DNA of 64,000 nt from Auanema rhodensis (taxonomy: Eukaryota > Animalia > Nematoda). The translations under genes were made by a program, and so were the position numbers. Shown piece after piece: positions 10,201 to 25,800 of this stretch. The notes below the pieces were generated by a model. That model worked only from the letters and a program-made list of their open reading frames with translations, searched no databases and had not been told where the DNA came from. Location of the stretch: assembly GCA_964057225.1 (NCBI GenBank), contig OZ059900.1, positions 14,322,001 through 14,386,000 of the forward strand. The letters are read 5' to 3'. Each line of letters starts with the position of its first letter. Positions within the stretch are counted from its first letter, which is position 1.

Positions 10201-10468
10201 ACTTATTCAGCACAACTGTATCATCATTAGAAGAAAATTAAACGTTGAACTGCTACCCATTACTTCATTTAAGTGTTTTTGAGAAATAAATTGACTTTTT
10301 GTTGGAAAAATACTAAATACATACAGATATTTTGGTGGGAACAGGAAAGAATTCAAATTTTGGGAAATAGTGTCATTGTATATAGTGTAGTGTCTATGTA
10401 GAATCAGCGGTGTCATTGTATGGTGTACACTTGGTGTACATGTAAATTGGTGTCAACGTAGAAATGCC
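7240..10468 (+). mobile_element. Mutator/MULE-superfamily DNA transposon, 3229 bp
   Basis: 9-bp TSD ATACTACCG at 7231-7239 and 10469-10477. TIRs GGTATTTCTACGT (7240-7252) and ACGTAGAAATGCC (10456-10468) match 12/13. MULE transposase motifs inside. Confidence 0.92.
7339..10241 (+). CDS. Multi-exon MULE DDE transposase with C-terminal SWIM-like zinc finger (start uncertain; possibly defective)
   Basis: Manual splicing across short GT..AG introns gives LDTTFSLG..YVT (D at 8594), GVMIHSKK, VHDGE, IRCDVH (CxxH), SSNIIEARN (E), EWKLKSASQKR and CYSVMC..FCIH. Stop TAA at 10239-10241; AATAAA at 10285-10290. Confidence 0.75.
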
Positions 10469-10848
10469 ATACTACCGAGGATTGAATTTGCACTTAGAAA
10501 CTTTCGTTAAGAGTGTGAGTTTGAATTATAGTAGAAAAATGAAACACTGTCTCTAACATATCTTGATTCATGGCCTACTTTACTCAAAGAGCTAATTGAA
10601 GTTTGGTGTTAAAATGAACAATTGATTAACGCTGAGGTTCCGTTTTTTTTCATCGTAATTGAGATAGAACATTTAAATTAAATGGAAATGTTTAAAAATT
10701 TAGAAAAAAAACACAAGCTCAAATCACTTTTGAAAAAACAGAAAGTTTAAAACAACCTTTTTTCTAATAATTATCTTTTTTATCCGACTTTTGGAAGAAA
10801 ACAAAAATAGCATAACATTCAATAACGATGAATCAGAACAAAAACATT

Positions 10849-13800
10849 CTCCCCGGCCGGGAATTGAACCCGGGTCTCGCATGTGACAGACGCGGATACT
10901 CACCACTATACTACCGAGGATTGAATTTGCACTTAGAAACTTTCGTTAAGAGTGTGAGTTTGAATTATAGTAGAAAAATGAAACACTGTCTCTAACATAT
11001 CTTGATTCATGGCCTACTTTACTCAAAGAGCTAATTGAAGTTTGGTGTTAAAATGAACAATTGATTAACGCTGAGGTTCCGTTTTTTTTCATCGTAATTG
11101 AGATAGAACATTTAAATTAAATGGAAATGTTTAAAAATTTAGAAAAAAAACACAAGCTCAAATCACTTTTGAAAAAACAGAAAGTTTAAAACAACCTTTT
11201 TTCTAATAATTATCTTTTTTATCCGACTTTTGGAAGAAAACAAAAATAGCATAACATTCAATAACGATGAATCAGAACAAAAACATTCTCCCCGGCCGGG
11301 AATTGAACCCGGGTCTCGCATGTGACAGACGCGGATACTCACCACTATACTACCGAGGATTGAATTCGCACTTAGAAACTTTCGTTAAGAGTGTGAGTTT
11401 GAATTATAGTAGAAAAATGAAACACTGTCTCTAACATATCTTGATTCATGGCCTACTTTACTCAAAGAGCTAATTGAAGTTTGGTGTTAAAATGAACAAT
11501 TGATTAACGCTGAGGTTCCGTTTTTTTTCATCGTAATTGAGATAGAACATTTAAATTAAATGGAAATGTTTAAAAATTTAGAAAAAAAACACAAGCTCAA
11601 ATCACTTTTGAAAAAACAGAAAGTTTAAAACAACCTTTTTTCTAATAATTATCTTTTTTATCCGACTTTTGGAAGAAAACAAAAATAGCATAACATTCAA
11701 TAACGATGAATCAGAACAAAAACATTCTCCCCGGCCGAGAATTGAACCCGGGTCTCGCATGTGACAGACGCGGATACTCACCACTATACTACCGAGGATT
11801 GAATTCGCACTTAGAAACTTTCGTTAAGAGTGTGAGTTTGAATTATAGTAGAAAAATGAAACACTGTCTCTAACATATCTTGATTCATGGCCTACTTTAC
11901 TCAAAGAGCTAATTGAAGTTTGGTGTTAAAATGAACAATTGATTAACGCTGAGGTTCCGTTTTTTTTCATCGTAATTGAGATAGAACATTTAAATTAAAT
12001 GGAAATGTTTAAAAATTTAGAAAATATCACAAACTCAAATCACTTTTGAAAAAACAGAAAGTTTAAAACAACCTTTTTTCTAATAATTATCTCTTTTATC
12101 CGACTTTTGGAAAAAAACAAAAATAGCATAACATTCAATAACGATGAATCAGAACAAAAACATTCTCCCCGGCCGGGAATTGAACCCGGGTCTCGCATGT
12201 GACAGACGCGGATACTCACCACTATACTACCGAAGATTTAATTTGCACTTAGAAACTTTCATTAAGAGTGTGAGTTTGAAATATAGTAGAAAAATGAAAC
12301 ACTGTCTCTAACATATCTTGATTTATGGCCTACTTTACTCAAAGAGCTAATTGAAGTTTGTTGTTACAATGAACAATTGATTAACGCTGAGGTTCCGTTT
12401 TTTTTCATCGTAATTGAGATAGAACATTTAAATTAAATGGAAATGTTTAAAAATTTAGAAAATATCACAAACTCAAATCACTTTTGAAAAAACAGAAAGT
12501 TTAAAACAACCTTTTTTCTAATAATTATCTCTTTTATCCGACTTTTGGAAAAAAACAAAAATAGCATAACATTCAATAACGATGAATCAGAACAAAAACA
12601 TTCTCCCCGGCCGGGAATTGAACCCGGGTCTCGCATGTGACAGACGCGGATACTCACCACTATACTACCGAAGATTTAATTTGCACTTAGAAACTTTCAT
12701 TAAGAGTGTGAGTTTGAAATATAGTAGAAAAATGAAACACTGTCTCTAACATATCTTGATTTATGGCCTACTTTACTCAAAGAGCTAATTGAAGTTTGTT
12801 GTTACAATGAACAATTGATTAACGCTGACGTTTCAATTTTTTTCATCGTAATTAAGATAGAACATTTAAATTAAATAGAAATGTTTGAAAATTTAAAAAA
12901 AAATCACAAGCTCAAATCACTTTTGAAAAAGCAGAAAGTTTAAAACAATCTTTTTTCTAATAATTATCGTCTTTATCCGACTTTTTGAAGAAAACAAAAA
13001 TAGCATAACATTCAATAACGATGAATCAGAACAAAAACATTCTCCCCGGCCGGGAATTGAACCCGGGTCTCGCATGTGACAGACGCGGATACTCACCACT
13101 ATACTACCGAGGATTGAATTTGCACTTAGAAACTTTCATTAAGAGTGTGAGTTTGAATTATAGTAGAAAAATGAAACACTGTCTCTAACATATCTTGATT
13201 CATGGCCTACTTTACTCAAAGAGCTAATTGAAGTTTGGTGTTAAAATGAACAATTGATTAACGCTGACGTTCCATTTTTTTTCATCGTAATTGAGATAGA
13301 ATACTTAAATTAAATGGAAATGTTTGAAAATTTAGAAAATATCACAAACTCAAATCACTTTTGATAAAACAGAAAGTTTAAAACAACCTTTTTTCTAATA
13401 ATTATCTTTTTTATCCGACTTTTGGAAGAAAACAAAAATAGCATAACATTCAATAACGATGAATCAGAACAAAAACATTCTCCCCGGCCGGGAATTGAAC
13501 CCGGGTCTCGCATGTGACAGACGCGGATACTCACCACTATACTACCGAAGATTTAATTTGCACTTAGAAACTTTCATTAAGAGTGTGAGTTTGAAATATA
13601 GTAGAAAAATGAAACACTGTCTCTAACATATCTTGATTTATGGCCTACTTTACTCAAAGAGCTAATTGAAGTTTGTTGTTACAATGAACAATTGATTAAC
13701 GCTGACGTTTCAATTTTTTTCATCGTAATTAAGATAGAACATTTAAATTAAATAGAAATGTTTGAAAATTTAAAAAAAAATCACAAGCTCAAATCACTTT

Positions 13801-16800
13801 TGAAAAAGCAGAAAGTTTAAAACAATCTTTTTTCTAATAATTATCGTCTTTATCCGACTTTTTGAAGAAAACAAAAATAGCATAACATTCAATAACGATG
13901 AATCAGAACAAAAACATTCTCCCCGGCCGGGAATTGAACCCGGGTCTCGCATGTGACAGACGCGGATACTCACCACTATACTACCGAGGATAGAATTTGC
14001 ACTTAGAAACTTTCATTAAGAGTGTGAGTTTGAAATATAGTAGAAAAATGAAACACTGTCTCTAACATATATTAATTTATGGCCTACTTTACTCAAAGAG
14101 CTAATTGAAGTTTGGTGTTAAAATGAAAAATTGATTAACGCTGACGTTCCATTTTTTTTATCGTAATTGAGATAGAATACTTAAATTAAATGGAAATGTT
14201 TGAAAATTTAGAAAATATCACAAACTCAAATCACTTTTGAAAAAACAGAAAGTTTAAAACAACCTTTTTTCTAATAATTATCTTTTTTATCCGACTTTTG
14301 GAAAAAAACAAAAATAGCATAACATTCAATAACGATGAATCAGAACAAAAACATTCTCCCCGGCCGGGAATTGAACCCGGGTCTCGCATGTGACAGACGC
14401 GGATACTTACCACTATACTACCGAGGATTGAATTTGCACTTAGAAACTTTCATTAAGAGTGTGAGTTTGAATTATAGTAGAAAAATGAAACACTGTCTCT
14501 AACATATCTTGATTCATGGCCTACTTTACTCAAAGAGCTAATTGAAGTTTGGTGTTAAAATGAACAATTGATTAACGCTGAGGTTCCGTTTTTTTTCATC
14601 GTAATTGAGATAGAACATTTAAATTAAATGGAAATGTTTAAAAATTTAGAAAAAAAACACAAGCTCAAATCACTTTTGAAAAAACAGAAAGTTTAAAACA
14701 ACCTTTTTTCTAATAATTATCTTTTTAATTCGACTTTTGGAAGAAAACAAAATAAGCATAACATTCAATAACGATGAATCAGAACAAAAACATTCTCCCC
14801 GGTCGGGAATTGAACCCGGGTCTCGCATGTGACAGACGCGGATACTCACCACTATACTACCGAGGATTGAATTTGCACTTAGAAACTTTCATTAAGAGTG
14901 TGAGTTTGAAATATAGTAGAAAAATGAAACACTGTCTCTAACATATATTAATTTATGGCCTACTTTACTCAAAGAGCTAATTGAAGTTTCGTGTTAAAAT
15001 GAACAATTGATTAACGCTGACGTTCCATTTTTTTTATCGTAATTGAGATAGAATACTTAAATTAAATGGAAATGTTTGAAAATTTAGAAAATATCACAAA
15101 CTCAAATCACTTTTGAAAAAACAGAAAGTTTAAAACAACCTTTTTTCTAATAATTATCTCTTTTATCCGACTTTTGGAAAAAAACAAAAATAGCATAACA
15201 TTCAATAACGATGAATCAGAACAAAAACATTCTCCCCGGCCGGGAATTGAACCCGGGTCTCGCATGTGACAGACGCGGATACTCACCACTATACTACCGA
15301 GGATTGAATTTGCACTTAGAAACTTTCATTAAGAGTGTGAGTTTGAATTATAGTAGATAAATGAAACACTGTCTCTAACATATCTTGATTCATGGCCTAC
15401 TTTACTCAAAGAGCTAATTGAAGTTTGGTGTTAAAATGAACAATTGATTAACGCTGACGTTCCATTTTTTTTCATCGTAATTGAGATAGAATACTTAAAT
15501 TAAATGGAAATGTTTGAAAATTTAGAAAATATCACAAACTCAAATCACTTTTGATAAAACAGAAAGTTTAAAACAACCTTTTTTCTAATAATTATCTTTT
15601 TTATCCGACTTTTGGAAGATAACAAAAATAGCATAACATTCAATAACGATGAATCAGAACAAAAACATTCTCCCCGGCCGGGAATTGAACCCGGGTCTCG
15701 CATGTGACAGACGCGGATACTCACCACTATACTACCGAAGATTTAATTTGCACTTAGAAACTTTCATTAAGAGTGTGAGTTTGAAATATAGTAGAAAAAT
15801 GAAACACTGTCTCTAACATATCTTGATTTATGGCCTACTTTACTCAAAGAGCTAATTGAAGTTTGTTGTTACAATGAACAATTGATTAACGCTGACGTTT
15901 CAATTTTTTTCATCGTAATTAAGATAGAACATTTAAATTAAATAGAAATGTTTGAAAATTTAAAAAAAAATCACAAGCTCAAATCACTTTTGAAAAAGCA
16001 GAAAGTTTAAAACAATCTTTTTTCTAATAATTATCGTCTTTATCCGACTTTTTGAAGAAAACAAAAATAGCATAACATTCAATAACGATGAATCAGAACA
16101 AAAACATTCTCCCCGGCCGGGAATTGAACCCGGGTCTCGCATGTGACAGACGCGGATACTCACCACTATACTACCGAGGATAGAATTTGCACTTAGAAAC
16201 TTTCATTAAGAGTGTGAGTTTGAAATATAGTAGAAAAATGAAACACTGTCTCTAACATATATTAATTTATGGCCTACTTTACTCAAAGAGCTAATTGAAG
16301 TTTGGTGTTAAAATGAAAAATTGATTAACGCTGACGTTCCATTTTTTTTATCGTAATTGAGATAGAATACTTAAATTAAATGGAAATGTTTGAAAATTTA
16401 GAAAATATCACAAACTCAAATCACTTTTGAAAAAACAGAAAGTTTAAAACAACCTTTTTTCTAATAATTATCTTTTTTATCCGACTTTTGGAAAAAAACA
16501 AAAATAGCATAACATTCAATAACGATGAATCAGAACAAAAACATTCTCCCCGGCCGGGAATTGAACCCGGGTCTCGCATGTGACAGACGCGGATACTTAC
16601 CACTATACTACCGAGGATTGAATTTGCACTTAGAAACTTTCATTAAGAGTGTGAGTTTGAATTATAGTAGAAAAATGAAACACTGTCTCTAACATATCTT
16701 GATTCATGGCCTACTTTACTCAAAGAGCTAATTGAAGTTTGGTGTTAAAATGAACAATTGATTAACGCTGACGTTCCATTTTTTTTCATCGTAATTGAGA

Positions 16801-19800
16801 TAGAATACTTAAATTAAATGGAAATGTTTGAAAATTTAGAAAATATCACAAACTCAAATCACTTTTGATAAAACAGAAAGTTTAAAACAACCTTTTTTCA
16901 AATAATTATCTTTTTTATCCGACTTTTGGAAGAAAACAAAAATAGCATAACATTCAATAACGATGAATCAGAACAAAAACATTCTCCCCGGCCGGGAATT
17001 GAACCCGGGTCTCGCATGTGACAGACGCGGATACTCACCACTATACTACCGAAAATTTAATTTGCACTTAGAAACTTTCATTAAGAGTGTGAGTTTGAAA
17101 TATAGTAGAAAAATGAAACACTGTCTCTAACATATCTTGATTTATGGCCTACTTTACTCAAAGAGCTAATTGAAGTTTGGTGTTACAATGAACAATTGAT
17201 TAACGCTGACGTTTCAATTTTTTTTATCGTAATTAAGATAGAACATTTAAATTAAATAGAAATGTTTGAAAATTTAAAAAAAAATCACAAGCTCAAATCA
17301 CTTTTGAAAAAGCAGAAAGTTTAAAACAATCTTTTTTCTAATAATTATCGTCTTCATCCGACTTTTTGAAGAAAACAAAAATAGCATAACATTCAATAAC
17401 GATGAATCAGAACAAAAACATTCTCCCCGGCCGGGAATTGAACCCGGGTCTCGCATGTGACAGACGCGGATACTCACGACTATACTACCGAGGATTGAAT
17501 TTGCACTTAGAAACTTTCATTAAGAGTGTGAGTTTGAATTAAAGTAGAAAAGTGAAACACTGTCTCTAACATATCTTGATTTATGGCCTACTTTACTCAA
17601 AGAGCTAATTGAAGTTTGGTGTTAGAATGAACAATTGATTAACGCTGACGTTTCAATTTTTTTCATCGTAATTGAGATAGAACATTTAAATTAAATGGAA
17701 ATGTTTAACAATTTAGAAAAAAAACACAAGCTCAAATCACTTTTGAAAAAACAGAAAGTTTAAAACAACCTTTTTTCTAATAATTATCTTTTTTATCCGA
17801 CTTTTGGAAAAAAACAAAAATAGCATAACATTCAATAACGATGAATCAGAACAAAAACATTCTCCAAGGCCGGGAATTGAACCCGGGTCTCGCATGTGAC
17901 AGACGCTGATACTCACCACTATACTACCGAGGATAGAATTTGCACTTAGAAACTTTCATTAAGAGTGTGAGTTTGAAATATAGTAGAAAAATGAAACACT
18001 GTCTCTAACATATATTAATTTATGGCCTACTTTACTCAAAGAGCTAATCGAAGTTTGGTGTTAAAATGAACAATTGATTAACGCTGACGTTCCATTTTTT
18101 TTCATCGTAATTGAGATAGAATACTTAAATTAAATGGAAATGTTTGAAAATTTAGAAAATATCACAAACTCAAATCACTTTTGAAAAAACAGAAAGTTTA
18201 AAACAACCTTTTTTCTAATAATTATCTTTTTTATCCGACTTTTGGAAGAAAACAAAAATAGCATAACATTCAATAACGATGAATCAGAACAAAAACATTC
18301 TCCCCGGCCGGGAATTGAACCCGGGTCTCGCATGTGACAGTCGCGGATACTCACGACTATACTACCGAGGATTGAATTTGCACTTAGAAACTTTCATTAA
18401 GAGTGTGAGTTTGAAATATAGTAGAAAAATGAAACACTGTCTCTAACATATCTTGATTTATGGCCTACTTTACTCAAAGAGCTAATTGAAGTTTGGTGTT
18501 AGAATGAACAATTGATTAATGCTGACGTTTCAATTTTTTTCATCGTAATTGAGATAGAACATTTAAATTAAATGGAAATGTTTGAAAATTTAGAAAATAT
18601 CACAAGCTCAAATCACTTTTGAAAAAGCAGAAAGTTTAAAATAACCTTTTTTCTAATAATTATCGTCTTTATCCGACTTTTTGAAGAAAACAAAAATAGC
18701 ATAACATTCAATAACGATGAATCAGAACAAAAACATTCTCCCCGGCCGGGAATTGAACCCGGGTCTCGCATGTGACAGACGCGGATACTCACGACTATAC
18801 TACCGAGGATTGAATTTGCACTTAGAAACTTTCATTAAGAGTGTGAGTTTGAATTAAAGTAGAAAAGTGAAACACTGTCTCTAACATATATTGATTTATG
18901 GCCTACTTTACTCAAAGAGCTAATTGAAGTTTGGTGTTAAAATGAACAATTGATTAACGCTGACGTTCCGTTTTTTTTCATCGTAATTAAGATAGAACAC
19001 TTAAATTAAATGGAAATGTTTAACAATTTAGAAAAAAAACACAAGCTCAAATCATTTTTGAAAAAACAGAAAGTTTAAAACAACCTTTTTTCTAATAATT
19101 ATCTTTTTTATCCGACTTTTGGAAAGAAACAAAAATAGCATAACATTCAATAACGATGAATCAGAAAAAAAACATTCTCCCCGGCCGGGAATTGAACCCG
19201 GGTCTCGCATGTGACAGACGCGGATACTCACCACTATACTACCGAGGATTGAATTTGAACTTAGAAACTTTCATTAAGAGTGTGAGTTTGAATTATAGTA
19301 GAAAAATGAAACACTGTCTCTAACATATCTTGATTTATGGCCTACTTTACTCAAAGAGCTAATTGAAGTTTGGTGTTAAAATGAACAATTGATTAACGCT
19401 GACGTTCCATTTTTTTTCATCGTAATTGAGATAGAATACTTAAATTAAATGGAAATGTTTAAAAATTTAGAAAATATCACAAACTCAAATCACTTTTGAA
19501 AAAACAGAAAGTTTAAAACAACCTTTTTTCTAATAATTATCTTTTTTATCCGACTTTTGGAAGAAAAGAAAAATAGCATAACATTCAATAACGATGAATC
19601 AGAACAAAAACATTCTCCAAGGCCGGGAATTGAACCCGGGTCTCGCATGTGACAGACGCTGATACTCACCACTATACTACCGAGGATTGAATTTGCACTT
19701 AGAAACTTTCATTAAGAGTGTGAGTTTGAATTAAAGTAGAAAAATGAGACACTGTCTCTAACATATCTTGATTTATGGCCTACTTTACTCAAAGAGCTAA

Positions 19801-22800
19801 TTGAAGTTTGGTGTTAGAATGAACAATTGATTAATGCTGACGTTTCAATTTTTTTCATCGTAATTGAGATAGAACATTTAAATTAAATGGAAATGTTTGA
19901 AAATTTAGAAAATATCACAAACTCAAATCACTTTTGAAAAAACAGAAAGTTTAAAACAACCTTTTTTCTAATAATTATCTTTTTTATCCGACTTTTGGAA
20001 AAAAACAAAAATAGCACAACATTCAATAACGATGAATCAGAACAAAAACATTCTCCCCGGCCGGGAATTGAACCCGGGTCTCGCATGTGACAGTCGCGGA
20101 TACTCACGACTATACTACCGAGGATTGAATTTGCACTTAGAAACTTTCATTAAGAGTGTGAGTTTGAATTATAGTAGAAAAATGAAACACTGTCTCTAAC
20201 ATATCTTGATTCATGGCCTACTTTACTCAAAGAGCTAATTGAAGTTCGATGTTAAAATGAGCAATTGATTAACGCTGACGTTCCATTTTTTTTCATCGTA
20301 ATTGAGATAGAATACTTAAATTAAATGGAAATGTTTGAAAATTTAAAAAAAAATCACAAGCTCAAATCACTTTTGAAAAAGCAGAAAGTTTAAAATAACC
20401 TTTTTTCTAATAATTATCGTTTTTATCCGACTTTTTGAAGAAAACAAAAATAGCATAACATTCAATAACGATGAATCAGAACAAAAACATTCTCCCCGGC
20501 CGGGAATTGAACCCGGGTCTCGCATGTGACAGACGCGGATACTCACCACTATACTACCGAGGATTGAATTTGCACTTAGAAACTTTCATTGAGAGTGTGA
20601 GTTTGAATTAAAGTAGAAAAATGAAACACAGTCTCTAACATATATTGATTTATGGCCTACTTTACTCAAAGAGCTAATTGAAGTTTGGTGTTAAAATGAA
20701 CAATTGATTAAAGCTGACGTTTCAATTTTTTTCATCGTAATTGAGATAGAACATTTAAATTAAATGGAAATGTTTAACAATTTAGAAGAAAAACACAAGC
20801 TCAAATCACTTTTGGAAAAGCAGAAAGTTTAAAACATCCTTTTTTCTAATAATTATCTTTTTTATCCGACTTTTTGAAGAAAACAAAAATAGCATAACAT
20901 TCAATAACGATGAATCAGAACAAAAACATTCTCCCCGGCCGGGAATTGAACCCGGGTCTCGCATGTGACAGACGCGGATACTCACCACTATACTACCGAG
21001 GATTGAATTTGCACTTAGAAACTTTCATTGAGAGTGTGAGTTTGAATTAAAGTAGAAAAATGAAACACTGTCTCTAAGATATCTTGATTTATGGCCTACT
21101 TTACTCAAAGAGCTAATTGAAGTTTGGTGTTAGAATGAACAATTGATTAAAGCTGACGTTTCAATTTTTTTCATCGTAATTGAGATAGAACATTTAAATT
21201 AAATGGAAATGTTTAACAATTTAGAAAAAAAACACAAGCTGAAATCATTTTTGAAAAAACAGAAAGTTTAAAACAACCTTTTTTCTAATAATTATCTTTT
21301 TTATCCGACTTTTGGAAGAAAACAAAAATAGCATAACATTCAATAACGATGAATCAGAACAAAAACATTCTCCCCGGCCGGGAATTGAACCCGGGTCTCG
21401 CATGTGACAGACGCGGATACTCACCACTATACTACCGAAGATTTAATTTGCACTTAGAATTTTTCATTAAGAGTGTGAGTTTGAAATATAGTAGAAAAAT
21501 GAAACACTGTCTCTAACATATCTTGATTTATGGCCTACTTTACTCAAAGAGCTAATTGAAGTTTGGTGTTACAATGAACAATTGATTAACGCTGACGTTT
21601 CAATTTTTTTCATCGTAATTAAGATAGAACATTTAAATTAAATAGAAATGTTTGAAAATTTAAAAAAAAATCACAAGCTCAAATCACTTTTGAAAAAGCA
21701 GAAAGTTTAAAACAATCTTTTTTCTAATAATTATCGTCTTTATCCGACTTTTTGAAGAAAACAAAAATAGCATAACATTCAATAACGATGAATCAGAACA
21801 AAAACATTCTCCCCGGCCGGGAATTGAACCCGGGTCTCGCATGTGACAGACGCGGATACTCACCACTATACTACCGAGGATTGAATTTGCACTTAGAAAC
21901 TTTCATTAAGAGTGTGAGTTTGAAATATAGTAGAAAAATGAAACACTGTCTCTAACATATATTAATTTATGGCCTACTTTACTCAAAGAGCTAATTGAAG
22001 TTTGGTGTTAGAATGAACAATTGATTAATGCTGACGTTTCAATTTTTTTCATCGTAATTGAGATAGAACATTTAAATTAAATGGAAATGTTTGAAAATTT
22101 AGAAAATATCACAAACTCAAATCACTTTTGCAAAAACAGAAAGTTTAAAACAACCTTTTTTCTAATAATTATCTTTTTTATCCGACTTTTGGAAGAAAAC
22201 AAAAATAGCATAACATTCAATAACGATGAATCAGAACAAAAACATTCTCCCCGGCCGGGAATTGAACCCGGGTCTCGCATGTGACAGTCGCGGATACTCA
22301 CGACTATACTACCGAGGATTGAATTTGCACTTAGAAACTTTCATTAAGAGTGTGAGTTTGAATTAAAGTAGAAAAATGAGACGCTGTCTCTAACATATCT
22401 TGATTTATGGCCTACTTTACTCAAAGAGCTAATTGAAGTTTGGTGTTAGAATGAACAATTGATTAATGCTGACGTTTCAATTTTTTTCATCGTAATTGAG
22501 ATAGAACATTTAAATTAAATGGAAATGTTTGAAAATTTAAAAAAAAATCACAAGCTCAAATCACTTTTGAAAAAGCAGAAAGTTTAAAATAACCTTTTTT
22601 CTAATAATTATCGTTTTTATCCGACTTTTTGAAGAAAACAAAAATAGCATAACATTCAATAACGATGAATCAGAACAAAAACATTCTCCCCGGCCGGGAA
22701 TTGAACCCGGGTCTCGCATGTGACAGTCGCGGATACTCACGACTATACTACCGAGGATTGAATTTGCACTTAGAAACTTTCATTAAGAGTGTGAGTTTGA

Positions 22801-25800
22801 ATTAAAGTAGAAAAATGAAACACTGTCTCTAAGATATCTTGATTTATGGCCTACTTTACTCAAAGAGCTAATTGAAGTTTGGTGTTAAAATGAACAATTG
22901 ATTAACGCTGACGTTCCATTTTTTTTCATCGTTATTGAGATAGAATACTTAAATTAAATGGAAATGTTCAACAATTTAGAAAAAAAACACAAGCTCAAAT
23001 CACTTTTGAAAAAGCAGAAAGTTTAAAACATCCTTTTTTCTAATAATTATCTTTTTTATCCGACTTTTGGAAAAAAACAAAAATAGCATAACATTCAATA
23101 ACGATGAATCAGAACAAAAACATTCTCCCCGGCCGGGAATTGAACCCGGGTCTCGCATGTGACAGACGCGGATACTCACCACTATACTACCGAGGATTGA
23201 ATTTGCACTTAGAAACTTTCATTGAGAGTGTGAGTTTGAATTAAAGTAGAAAAATGAAACACAGTCTCTAAGATATCTTGATTTATGGCCTACTTTACTC
23301 AAAGAGCTAATTGAAGTTTGGTGTTAGAATGAACAATTGATTAAAGCTGACGTTTCAATTTTTTTCATCGTAATTGAGATAGAACATTTAAATTAAATGG
23401 AAATGTTTAACAATTTAGAAAAAAAACACAAGCTCAAATCATTTTTGAAAAAACAGAAAGTTTAAAACAACCTTTTTTCTAATAATTATCTTTTTTATCC
23501 GACTTTTGGAAAGAAACAAAAATAGCATAACATTCAATAACGATGAATCAGAACAAAAACATTCTCCCCGGCCGGGAAATGAACCCGGGTCTCGCATGTG
23601 ACAGACGCGGATACTCACCACTATACTACCGAGGATTGAATTTGCACTTAGAAACTTTCATTGAGAGTGTGAGTTTGAATTAAAGTAGAAAAATGAAACA
23701 CAGTCTCTAAGATATCTTGATTTATGGCCTACTTTACTCAAAGAGCTAATTGAAGTTTGGTGTTAGAATGAACAATTGATTAAAGCTGACGTTTCAATTT
23801 TTTTCATCGTAATTGAGATAGAACATTTAAATTAAATGGAAATGTTTAACAATTTAGAAAAAAAACACAAGCTCAAATCATTTTTGAAAAAACAGAAAGT
23901 TTAAAACAACCTTTTTTCTAATAATTATCTTTTTTATCCGACTTTTGGAAAGAAACAAAAATAGCATAACATTCAATAACGATGAATCAGAACAAAAACA
24001 TTCTCCCCGGCCGGGAATTGAACCCGGGTCTCGCATGTGACAGACGCGGATACTCACCACTATACTACCGAGGATTGAATTTGCACTTAGAAACTTTCAT
24101 TGAGAGTGTGAGTTTGAATTAAAGTAGAAAAATGAAACACTGTCTCTAAGATATCTTGATTTATGGCCTATTTTACTCAAAGGGCTAATTGAAGTTTGGT
24201 GTTAAAATGAACAATTGATTAAAGCTGACGTTCCGTTTTTTTTCATCGTAATTGAGATAGAACATTTAAATTAAATAGAAATGTTGAAAAATTTAGAAAA
24301 AAACACAAGCTCAAATCACTTTTGAAAAAACAGAAAGTTTTAAACAACCTTTTTTCTAATAATTATCGTTTTTATCCGACTTTTTGAAGAAAACAAAAAT
24401 AGCATAACATTCAATAACGATGAATCAGAACAAAAACATTCTCCCCGGCCGGGAATTGAACCCTGGTCTCGCATGTGACAGACGCGGATACTCACCACTA
24501 TACTACCGAGGATTGAGTTTGCACTTAGAAACTTTCATTAAGAGTGTGAGTTTGAATTATAGTAGAAAAATGAAACACTGTCTCTAACATATCTTGATTT
24601 ATGGCCTATTTTACTCAAAGAGCTAATTGAAGTTTGGTGTTAAAATGAACAATTGATTAAAGCTGACGTTCCGTTTTTTTTCATCGTAATTGAGATAGAA
24701 CATTTAAATTAAATGGAAATGTTTAACAATTTAGAAAAAAAACACAAGCTCAAATCATTTTTGAAAAAACAGAAAGTTTAAAACAACCTTTTTTCTAATA
24801 ATTATCTTTTTTATCCGACTTTTGGAAAGAAACAAAAATAGCATAACATTCAATAACGATGAATCAGAACAAAAACATTCTCCCCGGCCGCGAATTGAAC
24901 CCGGGTCTCGCATGTGACAGTCGCGGATACTCACGACTATACTACCGAGGATTGAATTTGCACTTAGAAACTTTCATTAAGAGTGTGAGTTTGAATTAAA
25001 GTAGAAAAATGAGACACTGTCTCTAACATATCTTGATTTATGGCCTACTTTACTCAAAGAGCTAATTGAAGTTTGGTGTTAAAATGAACAATTGATTAAT
25101 GCTGACGTTTCAATTTTTTTCATCGTAATTGAGATAGAACATTTAAATTAAATGGAAATGTTTAACAATTTAGAAAAAAAACACAAGCTAAAATCACTTT
25201 TGAAAAAACAGAAAGTTTAAAACAACCTTTTTTCTAATAATTATCTTTTTTATCCGACTTTTGGAAAAAAACAAAAATAGCATAACATTCAATAACGATG
25301 AATCAGAACAAAAACATTCTCCCCGGCCGGGAATTGAACCCGGGTCTCGCATGTGACAGACGCGGATACTCACCACTATACTACCGAGGATTGAATTTGC
25401 ACTTAGAAACTTTCATTGAGAGTGTGAGTTTGAATTAAAGTAGAAAAATGAAACACTGTCTCTAAGATATCTTGATTTATGGCCTACTTTACTCAAAGAG
25501 CTAATTGAAGTTTGGTGTTAGAATGAACAATTGATTAAAGCTGACGTTTCAATTTTTTTCATCGTAATTGAGATAGAACATTTAAATTAAATGGAAATGT
25601 TTAACATTTTAGAAAAAAAACACAAGCTCAAATCATTTTTGAAAAAACAGAAAGTTTAAAACAACCTTTTTTCTAATAATTATCTTTTTTATCCGACTTT
25701 TGGAAAGAAACAAAAATAGCATAACATTCAATAACGATGAATCAGAACAAACACATTCTCCCCGGCCGGGAATTGAACCCGGGTCTCGCATGTGACAGAC

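Noticed and set aside
7240-10468. Assignment to the Dada superfamily because it sits in a tRNA gene
   Set aside because: The 9-bp TSD, G-terminal TIRs and DTTF/DGE/CxxH/NxxE/SWIM motifs fit Mutator/MULE better.
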